The notes under the pieces: model-generated | Told to the model about the DNA's origin: nothing | Databases searched by the model: none | Seen by the model: only the letters and a program-made list of their open reading frames with translations | Position numbers and translations under genes: made by a program | In this document: one piece after another, positions 50,601 to 63,537 of the stretch | How the letters are laid out: each line of letters begins with the position of its first letter | Position numbering within the stretch: the stretch's first letter is position 1 | Assembly: GCA_964234715.1 (NCBI GenBank) | Contig: OZ174279.1 | Origin: Podarcis melisellensis | Lineage: Eukaryota | Length of the DNA: 64,000 bases | Direction: 5' to 3' (one strand)

Positions 50601-53523
50601 TTGAGCTCAAAGTGACTCACAATAATCACAATAGCATTAAAACAAACATACATTGCAATATTATAATATTAAATTCAATAGCATATAAATGAGGCAAAAA
50701 TACAACAAAATTATCAAAACAATTAATACAATTCAGTAAAGCAATCATAACTCGTGGTATTGCCAAGCTACTTCCTAATCACAATGAACCTTATTCCAGA
50801 ACAACAACAACATGGATTTGCTATGCCTTGTTGGTTATCAAACACATTGTTTTGCAACACTGCAACAGATAGAAGTCTCATTCACTGTATGTGAACTGCT
50901 GCCTTAAACAGGGGATGCTGGGAACAGGTAGTGGTGGTGAGGCACTAGAGTTTCAAATCAGTGCATGTAACAATGAAATTTGATGCTACACACAGTGTAT
51001 TGTTATGGGCTTGGGCTCTAGGGATTCCTTCCCAGCTCATTGGTATCCATATCATAATGGATAAGAACCCCACTTTTACACCTTTGCTCGCTTCTTTCCC
51101 ACAGCCCTCCTAAATGGCACCTATGACATTTTGCAAGATGAGATCCCATGACTTTGATGGAGATCTATAGTACTATATATTCTAGCCTATATATGCTATT
51201 CAGTGCCATAGTCAGCCTATTTATAGACCCTGCTCTTTAGGTGGTTTTCCTTCCTGGCATAGAAAGTGTCATATGCGTTTTTAATGATGAAACGTTGAGC
51301 TCTATGTTGAGTGCTTGTTAAAATTACATTGCCACTTGCACTCAATGATTGCCACTGTGATTCAAAGCCTGCTTGATAGCTTTCCTTCAGTCAGCTAATG
51401 CATTCAGAGACCTATAACTAATTCCGGGAGTGATGAAAACATGTCATCTTTCTGACATGTGTTCGTAACGAAGAGGCTTTTACTTGTCTCCTACAAGTAC
51501 AATAGACAGTCTGCAATATTTCTACCTCAGCTGTAAGATTCCTGGCCTAGACTGTGAAGCGTTTTCTGTATCCTACAGAAAGCTAATGAACACAGGAAAA
51601 CACGCTTGGCCCCACAGAAGCAAACTGACTCATGTGGACGAAAGGTCAGAGGCCTCCATATTGTGATTTAATCTATAAAAAAAAATATGAATAGTTTTTG
51701 GAATAAAAGGAGGGGACCCCACACAGTGTAGTTATGTAATTGTATACAGAATGGTGATTTCACCATTTAGAAATATGATTCTGATACACTAAAGTTAAGA
51801 GGGTTGCCACTGACATTAAGGGATGTGATTTTCACCCGATACGTATTGAAAATGGCACTTGTTTCCAATAAATATTCTTTAGACTCTATTCAGATACTTT
51901 AGGATGAAGATCCTAAGACTATGTGTAATATGCTTTATGTTAAAGACAATTCATTTCACTAAAGCTGCAAAAATCATTTTGCTGAAAACGTTAATGTGCA
52001 TAATCTGTTCATAGAGCAATTAATTTTCAGAGTTAAATGTAAGGCACTTCTTTGAGAAGCTAAATGTAAGCCCATATCCAGTCAAAGCGAGCGTGGGGGG
52101 GGGGCAGAATTGCAGGAGCAGCTAAAGTAAAATAAAAGCTTTTCATTGAGCAGTGTAACAATTAAGCTGCATTGTTATACAACATTCATTGTTTTCTATA
52201 ATGAGTGCTGTTCCATGGCTTTATATTTCTGGTGGCGAAAATTCAAGGTGATTTCCACCTATACAGTGAAGCAGGCATTGCCTGGAGCTTTTCTTTGAAA
52301 GTGGGACCCAGGCTGTCACAGGTGGAAAGTGCTGCAGATGATAATCTGTCTCTAGTGCCTCTAGAAGGAGCACATATCCAATTATTTTAAGGAAGTGCTG
52401 GCTGTACAGTAAACACTTCTCTTTTAATAGTGACAGACCTGCTGGAAAAAAAGGGGATCATCAACCTTCCTGTCTAAAGGGGGCCTGGCCAAACCTACTG
52501 AGAAATGGAAATCACCCGAGTACAAGTGAAGTTTGCATCCTACATTCAGGCGGCAGCAAGAGAAAACTATGCTTCTCTTCTTTTCCTTTAATGGCTCAGC
52601 TCTTAAATAGCAGTGCTACTTCACCTTCACCAGGCCTTTTAACTGTTAAAACATACACATATATTAACTAATTCTTATATTTAGTGGAAAAGGAAGGCTT
52701 GGTGCTGCTGATATGGTCGTCAAGCAAGCCACAAAGAGCCACAAAGATATAACCACTGTTATTTTTCAATGCATTCACACTGCCTTTCCAAACAAGCATT
52801 GCTGAGGACATCTTATAACAACAACCCAGGCTGCAAACAATATGAACAAGCCTTTGCCTACCTTGGTTCCCCAGGTGTTTCCAGACTACAGCTGCCATCA
52901 GGGATGATGGGAGTTGTAATCCAACAACATCTAAAAGGCCAGGATTGGGAAAGGCTGGGACGAATATAACCCAGGTAAAATGAGGCTGGTTCTTACCTCT
53001 AAATAGATTGTTAGGCCTGCCAGAACTGACAATGCTGGACTGCTGGTCATCAGTTTGGCAGCACAACATTGTAGGACTTTACCCGTGTTACATGTATCAA
53101 TGCATGTTTTGGGGAAGGTGAGATCACCTCTATTTGTCCCTTTCCAATACCTGTGTAAATTCAGCGTAGTTAAGAAAGAGCCTGCGTGAAAACAAAACTT
53201 TACCTTTGTTGGTTATGGTCACACAACAACAAGCTGAGTAGCTGATCATTTGTACAGAGTCTTCCCTAGTAGCCTTGTTCTCAACATCTTCTGAAAGCCA
53301 AGGGGTGAGACCAGGGGTATGATCTTGCCCACCACTTCATACACATTGACTATATTCATATTTAATGATAGTATAATCCTGTGAATGCCTGATGCACAGA
53401 GTTATTTCCCCCCCCCCAAAGCCTGGATCATGCTTTTATAACTTAATAATTGGTTGTACATTATTTGCAGCCTTCTCAGCTGATGAAATGGATTTGTCAG
53501 CTTTAGTAATGTATCTGTCTGCT

Positions 53524-53703
53524 CAGTGGCGTAGCGTGGGTTATCAGCACCCGGGGCAAGGCAAGTAATTTGCGCCCCCTAACCCATGCATTTGCGCCCC
53601 CTAACCCGTGGATTTGCGCCCCCTAACCCGTGGATTTCCCTAACCCCCAGATGTTGCGCCCGGTGCGGCCGGCCCCCCCTGCACCCCCCACGCTACGCCA
53701 CTG
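53524..53703. mobile_element. hAT (Tip100-like) MITE, 180 bp, opposite orientation to 44607-44756
   Basis: Perfect 17-bp TIR CAGTGGCGTAGCGTGGG; perfect 8-bp TSD TGTCTGCT at 53516-53523 and 53704-53711; three copies of an internal 22-bp unit. Confidence 0.95.
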
Positions 53704-54084
53704 TGTCTGCTCAAAGAAATTGTTAGTTTGGGGGGGTGGGTTGTCTGTGTATTCTTAGAAACCTGCACAGCTCACCTAAATGCAGAAATGAAGGTGAATT
53801 TTGCCTGTTTTGCCATAATGGCAAGTGTTTTGAATTAATTTAATACTGCAAAATGTTAGAAGGTCAGCAGTCAAGACATCTTCTCCTTCTCTGATCTCTT
53901 GTAAATTGCAGCGGCATGTTTTATAAATAGCAGACTATTAATTATCTGTAACAATGAATTATAAATAAGTATATAATTATAAACAATATTGAATTATAAA
54001 TAACTACTAATTATAAATATAAAATACAAATTAATTAGCTGTTGCTAAATTTTCTATTAAGCCAACCATCAAAATGTGAAATGA

Positions 54085-54288
54085 TGTATTATGGCTATGC
54101 TCCTAGCCATGATGGCTGTGCTCTGCCTCCATGTTTCTGCTTATCAGTTGCTGGAAGCCATCGAAAGGAAGAGGGCTCTTGTGCTCAGGTTCTGTTTGCG
54201 GGTGTCCCACAGGCATCTAGGTGGCCACTGTAAGAACAGGATGCTGAACTCAAAGGGCCATCCAGTAGCTCTTCTTATGTTCTTATGT
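54085..54288 (+). mobile_element. CR1-clade LINE 3' end
   Basis: Homologous to 26048-26322; ends TTCTTATGTTCTTATG. Confidence 0.7.
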
Positions 54289-55879
54289 ATCTGATACAAC
54301 AGATGAAACAATGGGAGCCCCATTGGTGAGTTCTCTGTGAATTTTGGAAACAAAGATCCTGAATTTCTAGTGATGTGTTTGATACTATATAGACAAGATC
54401 CGTTCACCATTAAAATCATTTCTCACTATACATTCCAACTCATTGAGGGAGGCTGGCACACTTCACTTCCCCTCCCTCTCTCTGGGCTAGGGATGCTTAA
54501 GGAATTTGATATTTCTTTTATCAGCATAGCTGCATTGTGGGAGCACATCCTATGATATGCAAACAATACCATGATGTAAAAAAAACAACACCACCCACTG
54601 GAGCCCTCAAATAACAGCAAAATTATCTTCTCTGCAAAGGAGCTACAAAGCTCAGGAGCCAAAAACTTCATTTCCCTCAAAGGAGCTCCTTTTTTCCTTG
54701 TCCAGATACAATCCTATTGACACGAGAAAGTTATTTCTAGCTATTTCTTAACGGAGAGTCTTCATCTAGGACATTACCTTTTTCCTTTCTGCATGTGTGG
54801 TTTCACTGTGTAGATGCTTGTATGACGCATGCCTGCACCTGTGGGCAGGTGTGAGAGACAGGGGCATCCTGGATGATGCCTGCTTTCCCTTTGGCATGGG
54901 CCCTTGAAGTGTTGGCCATCAGTGAAGGTGGCCTTTGGACCACCTTATTCTTGGTGTACTATCTAATGGAAAAGCCTGTCTCTTACCTGTAGTTTCAAAA
55001 TGCCTTGACCTTTTCAACCCTTGATAAAAGAAGTGTTAGGAAGAAACAAAAATAGTACAAGAGAATATGAAACGAGTGTTACACAAAGCCTGAAGAGACA
55101 ATGAACTAGATAAATCTTTGCTTCATAGATTGCATGACAGTATGACATGCGCTTTCCTATTAGGAGTTGGATGGAGACCAAGCAGGACAGATGTTTAACT
55201 AAGACTGAGGAATGAACCCTTTTTTTCATACCTCTCAGGTCCTTTTATGTGGAATCGCTGTCATTGAAGCCCCTGGGAAAACATGAGAAGCGGCAGTAGT
55301 GGAAACTATTTAAATTAAGAATCATGGAGAAATATAAACCAGTTGTACATTTACATAAATCTCCTTGCATCCTTGATTTTGCATATAAAATCTGTGCCGC
55401 AGCTTGAAGACATTTTGAAAGGTTCATGGAGCCACCACACATCTTCCCATTACCATGGCTACATATCTGATGAGATCCGGATGAATAAATTAGCTCATCA
55501 AAGGTCAGTTGTGTAACGACATACATAGATACTTAATATGAAACTACGTTCACCTAGGGAAAATGGGACTGTTGTTTAGTCTCTTATAATGAGTAACATT
55601 TATTATGATTCAAGCCATCTTAGTGCCTGCAGCCATTACAGGAACAAAACAAAACATTGACTGGAGAGATAATTTTTTTTGTTCTAACTGTAGTGAGATC
55701 TTCCCTTGGAACGATGGAAATAAAAGTCATTATCTGCCTATGAAGTTCTAAGCCAGAATTTAATTAAGTCACTATGTCATATTTAATGTTTGTTCCTTGT
55801 ATTTTATTTGTTCAATGTATTTTTATTTTTGTCCTTCTTTGAAGAAGCTAGTAGCGTGCATGGTTCTTCCTCCACCCAT

Positions 55880-56000
55880 CCTATTCTCACAAAAATCCTG
55901 AAGGAGAGTTTAGGGTTGAGAGAGAATGGTTAGTCCAAAATCATCCAGAGCTTCATGGCTGAGTGGGGATTTGAACCTGTGTATTCCCTGGTCTGACGAT
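55880..56000 (-). mobile_element. MIR-like SINE remnant
   Basis: TTCTCACAAAAATCCTG...GAGCTTCATGGCTGAGTGGGGATTTGAACCTG. Confidence 0.6.
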
Positions 56001-59000
56001 ATCAAACACAGATATGTTCTCACTTACACACACACATGCACACATACACACTTCTCTTTTCCCTATAAATCTTGGTTTTCCAAGTTTAGGATTAATCTAA
56101 AACAGTGGTGGATAATTTGTGGACCTCTAGCACTCAGGTCCTGCTTGTGAGCCTCCCGTAGGCATCCGGCTAGCCACTATGAGAACAGGAAGCTCTCCTT
56201 AGTTGTTGTTCTTTTGGTCTAGTTTGACTTCAACTCCCAGCTGCTCTGGGCAGCAGCCCCTGTCAGGGATGATTGAAATTGTAGTCCAGCAACATCTGGA
56301 TGACAACAGATTTCGCCACCCCTTTTCCATATTGATGTCCTGCCAGTATACTGTTACAGATTTGGAGTAACAGAGTTTCAGGGTGCAAGAGTTACTGCTA
56401 GAATAATGAATGTTACAAATTGGGGAAATGGTAGAATGTTAAAAAAATAGTAAAATGGTAGAATTTAGATAACATTTGGGATATTGAAGGGAAAATACAG
56501 GCTGCAGAAGTTCTCCTGAACTGTGCCAAGCACAAAGATTCCTGGGTTTAGCCTACACAAACTAGCCTGCCTGGGCTAAGATTTTTATGTTTTATTATTA
56601 AAGATTTTCTTGGGTAAAAATAGAACATACAGTGTTCCCATTTTCAAGTTTTCAAGTTATAGAATCATTCAAACAAATCAATCATAGTCTGAGTGAGACA
56701 TGACTGTTATAGGCAATAGGGGGTTGAGGTAAAAGGAGTGGGAAGAGAGAGGGGTGGGGGTGGGAAGTGGGAGATAGTAAAATGTCATTCTTTTACATAG
56801 TGTATGAGCAAAGCTTTTGTGTCAGCATCATGTAAACCGTTGGTATATTTTTGCTGGTGGTGCAAGAGTCCAGAGGGAATCTTGCTACCGCTCAGCAGAG
56901 ATTGGGGGTGGCATGCAGCCTCATAGCAATACCTTAGATCAGGCTTCTCCAACCTGGTGTTCTCCAGATATTGTGGGCTACAGATTCCACCACCCTGGCT
57001 AGAATGGCAAATGATCTGGGCTGATGAGAGTTGTGGTACAAGCCATTTGGATAGTACTAGGTTGAGGACAGCTGCCTTACATTGAGTAAAAATGACACCA
57101 TGTATTATAATGTTTGAGAGTCAACTGGGAAGTTGGCAATAGCTTTAGCACACATACCACCCTGACTCTACCTTGAGATACATGTCGGAGAGCCTGCTTG
57201 AACGCCCAGCAGGAAAGACAATCAGGCTGACAAGCACTTATAACAGGGTTTTCTCAGTGGTGGTGCTGGAATTATGGAACTCAGCAGCTTCTCAAATAAG
57301 GCAAACTCCATCCCTTATGTCCCTTAAATGAGCCTTTAGTGCCCATTTCTCTTTGTGGGTTTTAATTGCTAATGTAAATTGTGGCTGCTGTGCTTGGATC
57401 TGGTTGAGTTTTGTTGTCTGTCTCTGTGCTGGTTTTTAAGCATCATTATGAAATTGGTATTTCAATGGGTTTTTATATTGCATTGTAGTTAAATAAATAA
57501 TGTCTGGAGGACCACAACTTCCCTTGCCCTGCTCTCACATGATCGATAGACGGTACCTCTGTCCCATCAATACTGAGATGAAGATTGTTGGCCAAAGCTA
57601 CGAATGCAGTCTCAGTACACTAAATGCCAAAGTCAAGTTTAGAAAGCTGATAGTATCCATGCGCCTCTGAAGCTGGATATTGGCTGCTCACTAAATGAAA
57701 TGTTGAAAGCGGTATGTCTGGCTGAGGAATCTGTATCCAGGTTTGTTTCTTTGAACAAAGTCCAAACAATTGTATCTTTTGGGCCATCTGGCCTCCTGCC
57801 TTCCTTAACGATCCATTAATAACCTCAGCCAGCAAAGGGCTCAGATTTTCTCAGCTGCCTTTCACTAGCCAGGATGGGCATAAGTCCAGCTCACAAGTGG
57901 TTGCCCGCCAAGCACAACCTCTCCATCAACAAGTGAGATAGACTGAAGCCAGAGTGTTAAAATGGGAGAAGACCAGAACACCTGATAGATCAAACCGTGC
58001 CTCTTCTTCTAATGTAGCAAGCTGTAATTTTGTCCCAAAACTACAGAGAAGTCATCACAGTAGGCAGAAGAAAGCCTCATATCTGGACAAAGAAATCCTG
58101 ATTTGTTCTGCAGTGAAGAATGTGGTTCTTAGCTACCACCATGCCTGCTTATTAAAAAGCTGGTCTGGATCAAAACATAGACTCTGTTCTAGTGAATGAA
58201 TTGTTGTTCCATCAGTCACATGCAGACCTGCCCCCTCAAGGCAGAGTTAACAGCCCACAAGTTGTTAGCATATCAACCTCTTTTCACATTCCTGCATGTA
58301 TAGGAGGGGACTGGGACTGTTGCAATATATCTTGTCCCCTGACATTGATGTGTTCATAGGCCTTTTTGTACCGTGCCTTTTGCCAAGTCCTTGACTTTGT
58401 GTATAAATCTATGATGGTATGTGTGTAGCCACATTCCAGACAGGCAAATGAGCAGGCATATCACAGGGGGCTGCTGCACGCTGCTGTTACAATTTCATTC
58501 CCTGCTACACATATCGGGTAATGGGGAAATGGCTGCAGCATCCATCAAGGCCAGTGGGAACTTTCCCTGGGAGCTCATGAATTAGAATGGTGGCCCAATC
58601 TTAGTAGACCAACAGGCAGAGTTCTTCTTGAGAAGGTAATGTAATGGTGTGGGTTGTTTTGGTTTTTTTACACCCCCAATTACTGAAGCATGTATTTCTA
58701 GGTCAGTGCAAAGCCCATTACTTTCAATTTGAAATTAATGAGGGTGAAGTAAGGTTAACAGTAGCTGAATGGCTTAGTTAAAGTGTTGGCAATGGAAGTT
58801 CAGGGTGGTAGTTTTATTTTGCAAGCAGTTCATATAATGGCCACAATGGTATCATTGAAATGCATAAGGATGGGTAGCTCTGACAGCACTGTGTAAAGTG
58901 ATGCTGCTCTCTGTGATTGGTGGATATGCTGTTGAATTAGTGAACTCAGAAATTGCTTGGGGATCTGACAGTATATCTATAGTACATTTGTGTACTGATG

Positions 59001-59886
59001 TACCTGTGAATCAGGGATGCTGCCACTTGCTGATATGTGAATGTGTGGGAAACTGTACAAGTGAGAGATTTTAAATGATACACCTAAGACTTAACCCTTC
59101 CTTGTTGTATCACACTCAGAACCACCCGAATGACACCATAATCCGAATGATGGGGCACAATGTTTTCATTTCAAAGTTATTATTGTTTTATTGCAATAAT
59201 ACAACCTTCATTAACCTGATGCCATTAAGATGATTTAGACTAAAGCTCTTATCATCCACAGTCACAAATCATGCCGGCTGGGGCTGATGGGAATTTCATT
59301 CCCAAACATTTGGAGAGCACCATTCGGGCAAAGGATTATTGAGGTGCTTCAAACCAGTTGGTTTTATAAATTCCACGTTGTGAACTTTGAGATCTGCCTG
59401 AAATACTCATTAATGGCTGTAAACAATATTAAAAATTGATTGCTAGGATATTTGTGCTGGGTATTGAGGAAAGTACGGTTGTGTGACTGTTGGGGAGAGT
59501 TATTTCTGGGTCAGGGTTTAGACTCGAATTGGCAGGTCCATGTGTGTGCGTAAGGATAAACACGTGCTTTTTAAGCATTGGGTTTGCCATGCCAGCTGCA
59601 GTGTTTGTTTTCAGCCCAATACATCTGTGTTTATAGAGCATATAGATCAACATACCAGTGTGAGTATTAAGACAAAAATATTGCATGGGCATACTTCTCA
59701 CTTATTGCAAGGTAAACACCTTGTACACAAGTGTCAGCCTGTATGTAAAAAATCAACTGTATCAGGAGAGCATTGTAAGCCTTCAAGGCAATTCTTACAT
59801 TCTCAAATAAAATGAAAAGACGACACCCACTTCCCCATTCCTTTCTGTTATTCAAGGCATTTACTGCTTCAGAACTGTATGATTTG

Positions 59887-59928
59887 ATATTGGTATTGGT
59901 ATTGGTATTAGTATTATTAGTATTAGTA
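59887..59928. repeat. (TATTGG)/(TATTAG) hexamer repeat
   Basis: TATTGGTATTGGTATTGGTATTAGTATTATTAGTATTAG. Confidence 0.85.
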
Positions 59929-60993
59929 GGCGAGTCTGCAAGAAGCCTGCTGGCTTTATCAAACAAACAAAAAAGACGATTACTGGAAAAGTGAGTCTTT
60001 TATTTCAGTCTGAATTGGATACTGCATGAAGGCTTTAAAATACCTCCCCCTCCACTTGTTTTCCTTTCAAATGAATTATTCTTCAAAGGAAGCAAATTTA
60101 CCTTTAAAGAAAAGAAAGGCCTCTTGCACATGTTTGGCACAATGCTGAGATTCTATTCAGAAAGTAGACCACAAAGAAAACAGCAGAGGGGATATTGCCA
60201 GTCAAGAAATTAGCTAAATTAGAATAGTTCTATGAATATTCTTATGAAATGTCTGATCACATAGACTTTGCCAGTATTTGTTGGCACCAGACAATTGCAC
60301 AATGAATTGACTGAATCAGAGACACAGAACAAAATGATTTGTACCACATGCCTTTAAGCAATCTATGCACAGAAGCAATCTGGTCATACTGAACAAGAAC
60401 TTCTAATGCATTTTTAAGTTCTTGCAACGTTTTGAAAGAGTACAGATTTTTTACATTTCACATATTTGGAGATATATTAATACTCATCTATTTGGTGTGA
60501 TAATTCTTATGTTCTGTGTTCAAAACATCCTAGGCATTGTCCACAAAGAGGAAAACAGTCACAACCAAAAAGAAGGTCAAACAAGGACATGTCTTTGATA
60601 TATGCATGCTGACTTATATATACAAATGCACATTTTGAAATAATTATAATAATCTTAATAGAAATACAATACATTTCAGCATACTATGACCAAGTGGCTT
60701 AAGTGTCTGTTTAGTTGGCTGGCCAGGTGCTATTGATGGATAATTTTCCTTCTTATGGGTATTTATTTTTATCTTAAATTTGAACGAGACAGTCCTTCAG
60801 ATAGAATACTATCCTGTCTGAGGCTCCCCTATGGTAATCCATAGTTTATCACCATGGCCAAATGTAGCCAATTTCTCTCATTAAAGACTTGGGTTTGATG
60901 TTAGAAAACAATGATTAACTGGGTGTTTTTCTTTTGTATGCTCTCCAGAAACTTTGCAATGAATTTCACTTGCAGTCACTGTGTAAAAATAAT

Positions 60994-61210
60994 AGCTACA
61001 AGAAAGGAGATTCCAACTAAACATCGGGAAGAACTTTCTAACAGTAAGAACTGTTCAACAGTGGAACAGAGTCCCTTGGAAGGTGGTGGACTCTCCTTTC
61101 TTAGATGTTTTTAAGCAGAGGCTGGATGGCCATCTGTAATTGATGTTTTAGTTGAAATTCCTGCGTTGCAGCGGGTTGGACTAGATGACCCTTCGGGGTC
61201 CCTTCCATCT
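60994..61210 (+). mobile_element. CR1 LINE 3' fragment
   Basis: CTACAAGAAAGGAGATTCCAACTAAACATCGGGAAGAACTTTCT...GGGTTGGACTAGATGACCCTTCGGGGTCCCTTCCA. Confidence 0.85.
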
Positions 61211-62270
61211 GGATTTTTGTTTACCTTTGACAGATTCCATTTAGGATTTACTGGAAATCTGATAGGAAGAAAAAATGTATATGTGATAAATTTAATCAAA
61301 AAATGATAATACTCATTAACTTTGTAAAATGCCATAAAGTTATTCAATCTGCCCAAGACCCACCAGAGTCATTACTGTGTATTTATTCCATAAGCATTTT
61401 CACTTAGTAGCTTTAGAACATCCCCCAATAATATACATATCACTCAGGGATATACACATGCAATTCTAAATTGACACTCTAATTACTGCAGCTAACATCC
61501 CAACACCCTTGAGGTATGTATACATTTCACTTCAACTCTGGGATCTACAGAGTAGAGTATTCCATGTTATCAAATATATGCCTCATATTTAGTGATTTAT
61601 TTCTCATCTAATTTTCCTAGACATCACTTACCAGAAGCCCTCTTAATGAGGGCTCGGAGAGGTTGCCTATCCATTATGCTCTTCAAGAAGCTGAGACAGC
61701 ACATTCTTTCAAATCCAGGATTTGTTTGGCTCCCATCCAATGCTCAATCAAGCCTTAATGTATTTTAAATACCCATCTTTTGCTTGGTAGATAAGAGTTC
61801 CTAAAGCTCACAAATACATGGAAGAACACACATAATAGCGATAGGCAGAAGATTCCCACATTTACATCTTTTTGTTAGGAAAATGACTGCAGGTAGACAA
61901 CCTGTCTCTAAACTCATAGTTGATATTCGGTGATCATGAAGATCTGTCTCTGAATCCCTGTTCAGCAATAAAGGTACTGGGTGATCTTGGGCCAGTCAAT
62001 CTCTTAGCTTAATCTACCTCACATGGCTGTTGTGAGGATTATCCAAGCCCTATATATGCCATTCTGCAATGCAGGGAAGAAGAGCATGATACAAATCTGA
62101 TTAATGCAATCAGCTAGCTATAAATACTCAGGTAAATACCACCCATCCATTTTAAACATTACAACTTTACATGTTGTGCATCCTTATGCTGGCATATTAG
62201 AATCGACGTTTTCAAAGTCGAACTAATACATACCTGCAGCCAGTTTGGCAGAAAAGAAAGAATAATATTC

Positions 62271-62312
62271 ATTACAGATGACCATCCAACCTCTGCTTTA
62301 AAACATCCAAGA

Positions 62313-62366
<54 letters not shown>

Positions 62367-62503
62367 TTTTTATTTATACCCCGCCCTCCCCAGCCAAGAC
62401 CGGGCTCACCACCTTCCAAGGGACTCTGTTCCCCTGTTGAACTGTCAGAAAGTTCTTCCTGATGTTTAATTGGAATCTCCTTTCTTGTAACTTGAAGCCA
62501 TTG
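62271..62503 (-). mobile_element. CR1 LINE 3' fragment interrupted by a tiny L2 tail
   Basis: Reverse complement of ~60994-61140; split by the insertion at 62313-62407. Confidence 0.82.
62313..62407 (-). mobile_element. Ultra-truncated L2 insertion with (AAT)16 microsatellite tail
   Basis: (AAT)16 at 62313-62360, then AAAAATTTTTATTTATACCCCGCCCTCCCCAGCCAAGACCGGGCTC, which matches ~43990-44034. Confidence 0.88.
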
Positions 62504-62790
62504 ATCTGGGGACTGCAGCTGGTGCAAAAAGCAGCAGCCAAAGTGCTAACTGGCATGTCTGCATGGGACCATATAACACCAGTGTTGAAAGATCTGCGGT
62601 GGCTGCCAGGTCCAAACTGAGGTGTTAGTTTTGACATATAAAGCCCTCAATAGCAGAGAACTCTGAAAGAGCACTTCTCCTCATATTGCCCTACCTGGAT
62701 TTGGAGGTCATTTGGGAAGCCCTTCTCCAACAGGAGCTGAGATCAAGTGATTTGGGACCCATCAGAGGACCTTCTCTACAATGGCATTTT
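62504..62790 (+). mobile_element. Old L2 ORF2 C-terminal fragment
   Basis: Translates LQLVQKAAAKVLTG...DHITPVLKDLRWLP. Confidence 0.8.
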
Positions 62791-63537
62791 CCCCAGCTGG
62801 CGCCTCCGGTCTGTTTTCCAGTGTCAGCCAGCTGAAGTCGGACGCCTTTTCCTCCACTTTTTTTTTACAGGCTCTCTGAATCTTTGGGAATGGATATGAT
62901 AGATGGAGGTGTTGTTGATATGTTTCACTTGCATTTTATTGGTTTTTAAAATATTGTTTTGATTTGCCTTGGGGATCCCTTGTGATGAGGATTGAAATAT
63001 ATACATAAATAGAACACAATACTTTAGAGTTCTATGTGAAAGCAAACACATTGCAATTTTGTGTGGGGAAATTGATGAGGGAACTTTATAAATGTCCCTT
63101 TTCCTCTCACGTCAAAACCCTGCACTTGGAAACATTCCAATTTCTGAGGCAAACCTTCAAGCATGTCAGAGTTTTCTGTGAATATGTGGTAAAATTAATG
63201 TCATGGCATTTCTCTGCTGAGGCAGGATATTTCTCGATTTTAACCTACCTTTCTAGGTGGCTAGACACAGTACTGCCAATCTTGCTTCAGACCCATTTTA
63301 TCACCTTTGCTTTACTGCTTACATCACATAATAAGAATATAACAACAACAGTAGCAAGAGTTGAATTTCATGTTGCTGTTCTTCAGACCCACAAGCAAGA
63401 AAGCCCACCCATGACATGGATTGCATGGAAATCTTATATTCATTTTTCTGGATAACTTTGGTGACAGTCCATTCTTTACTGCTACCAGCCTAATTATTTG
63501 GCTGCTTCCAGCTGTTGTGCAGCAGCTTACACCACAA

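Noticed and set aside
53567-53645. CRISPR-like or interstitial telomere array
   Set aside because: Head-to-tail 22-bp units with no spacers and no tandem (TTAGGG)n; internal to a MITE in a vertebrate genome.
55468-55490. CTGATGAGATCCGGATGAAT resembling a hammerhead ribozyme core
   Set aside because: GAAT replaces the required GAAA, stem II lacks a proper closing pair, and I could not find stems I and III.
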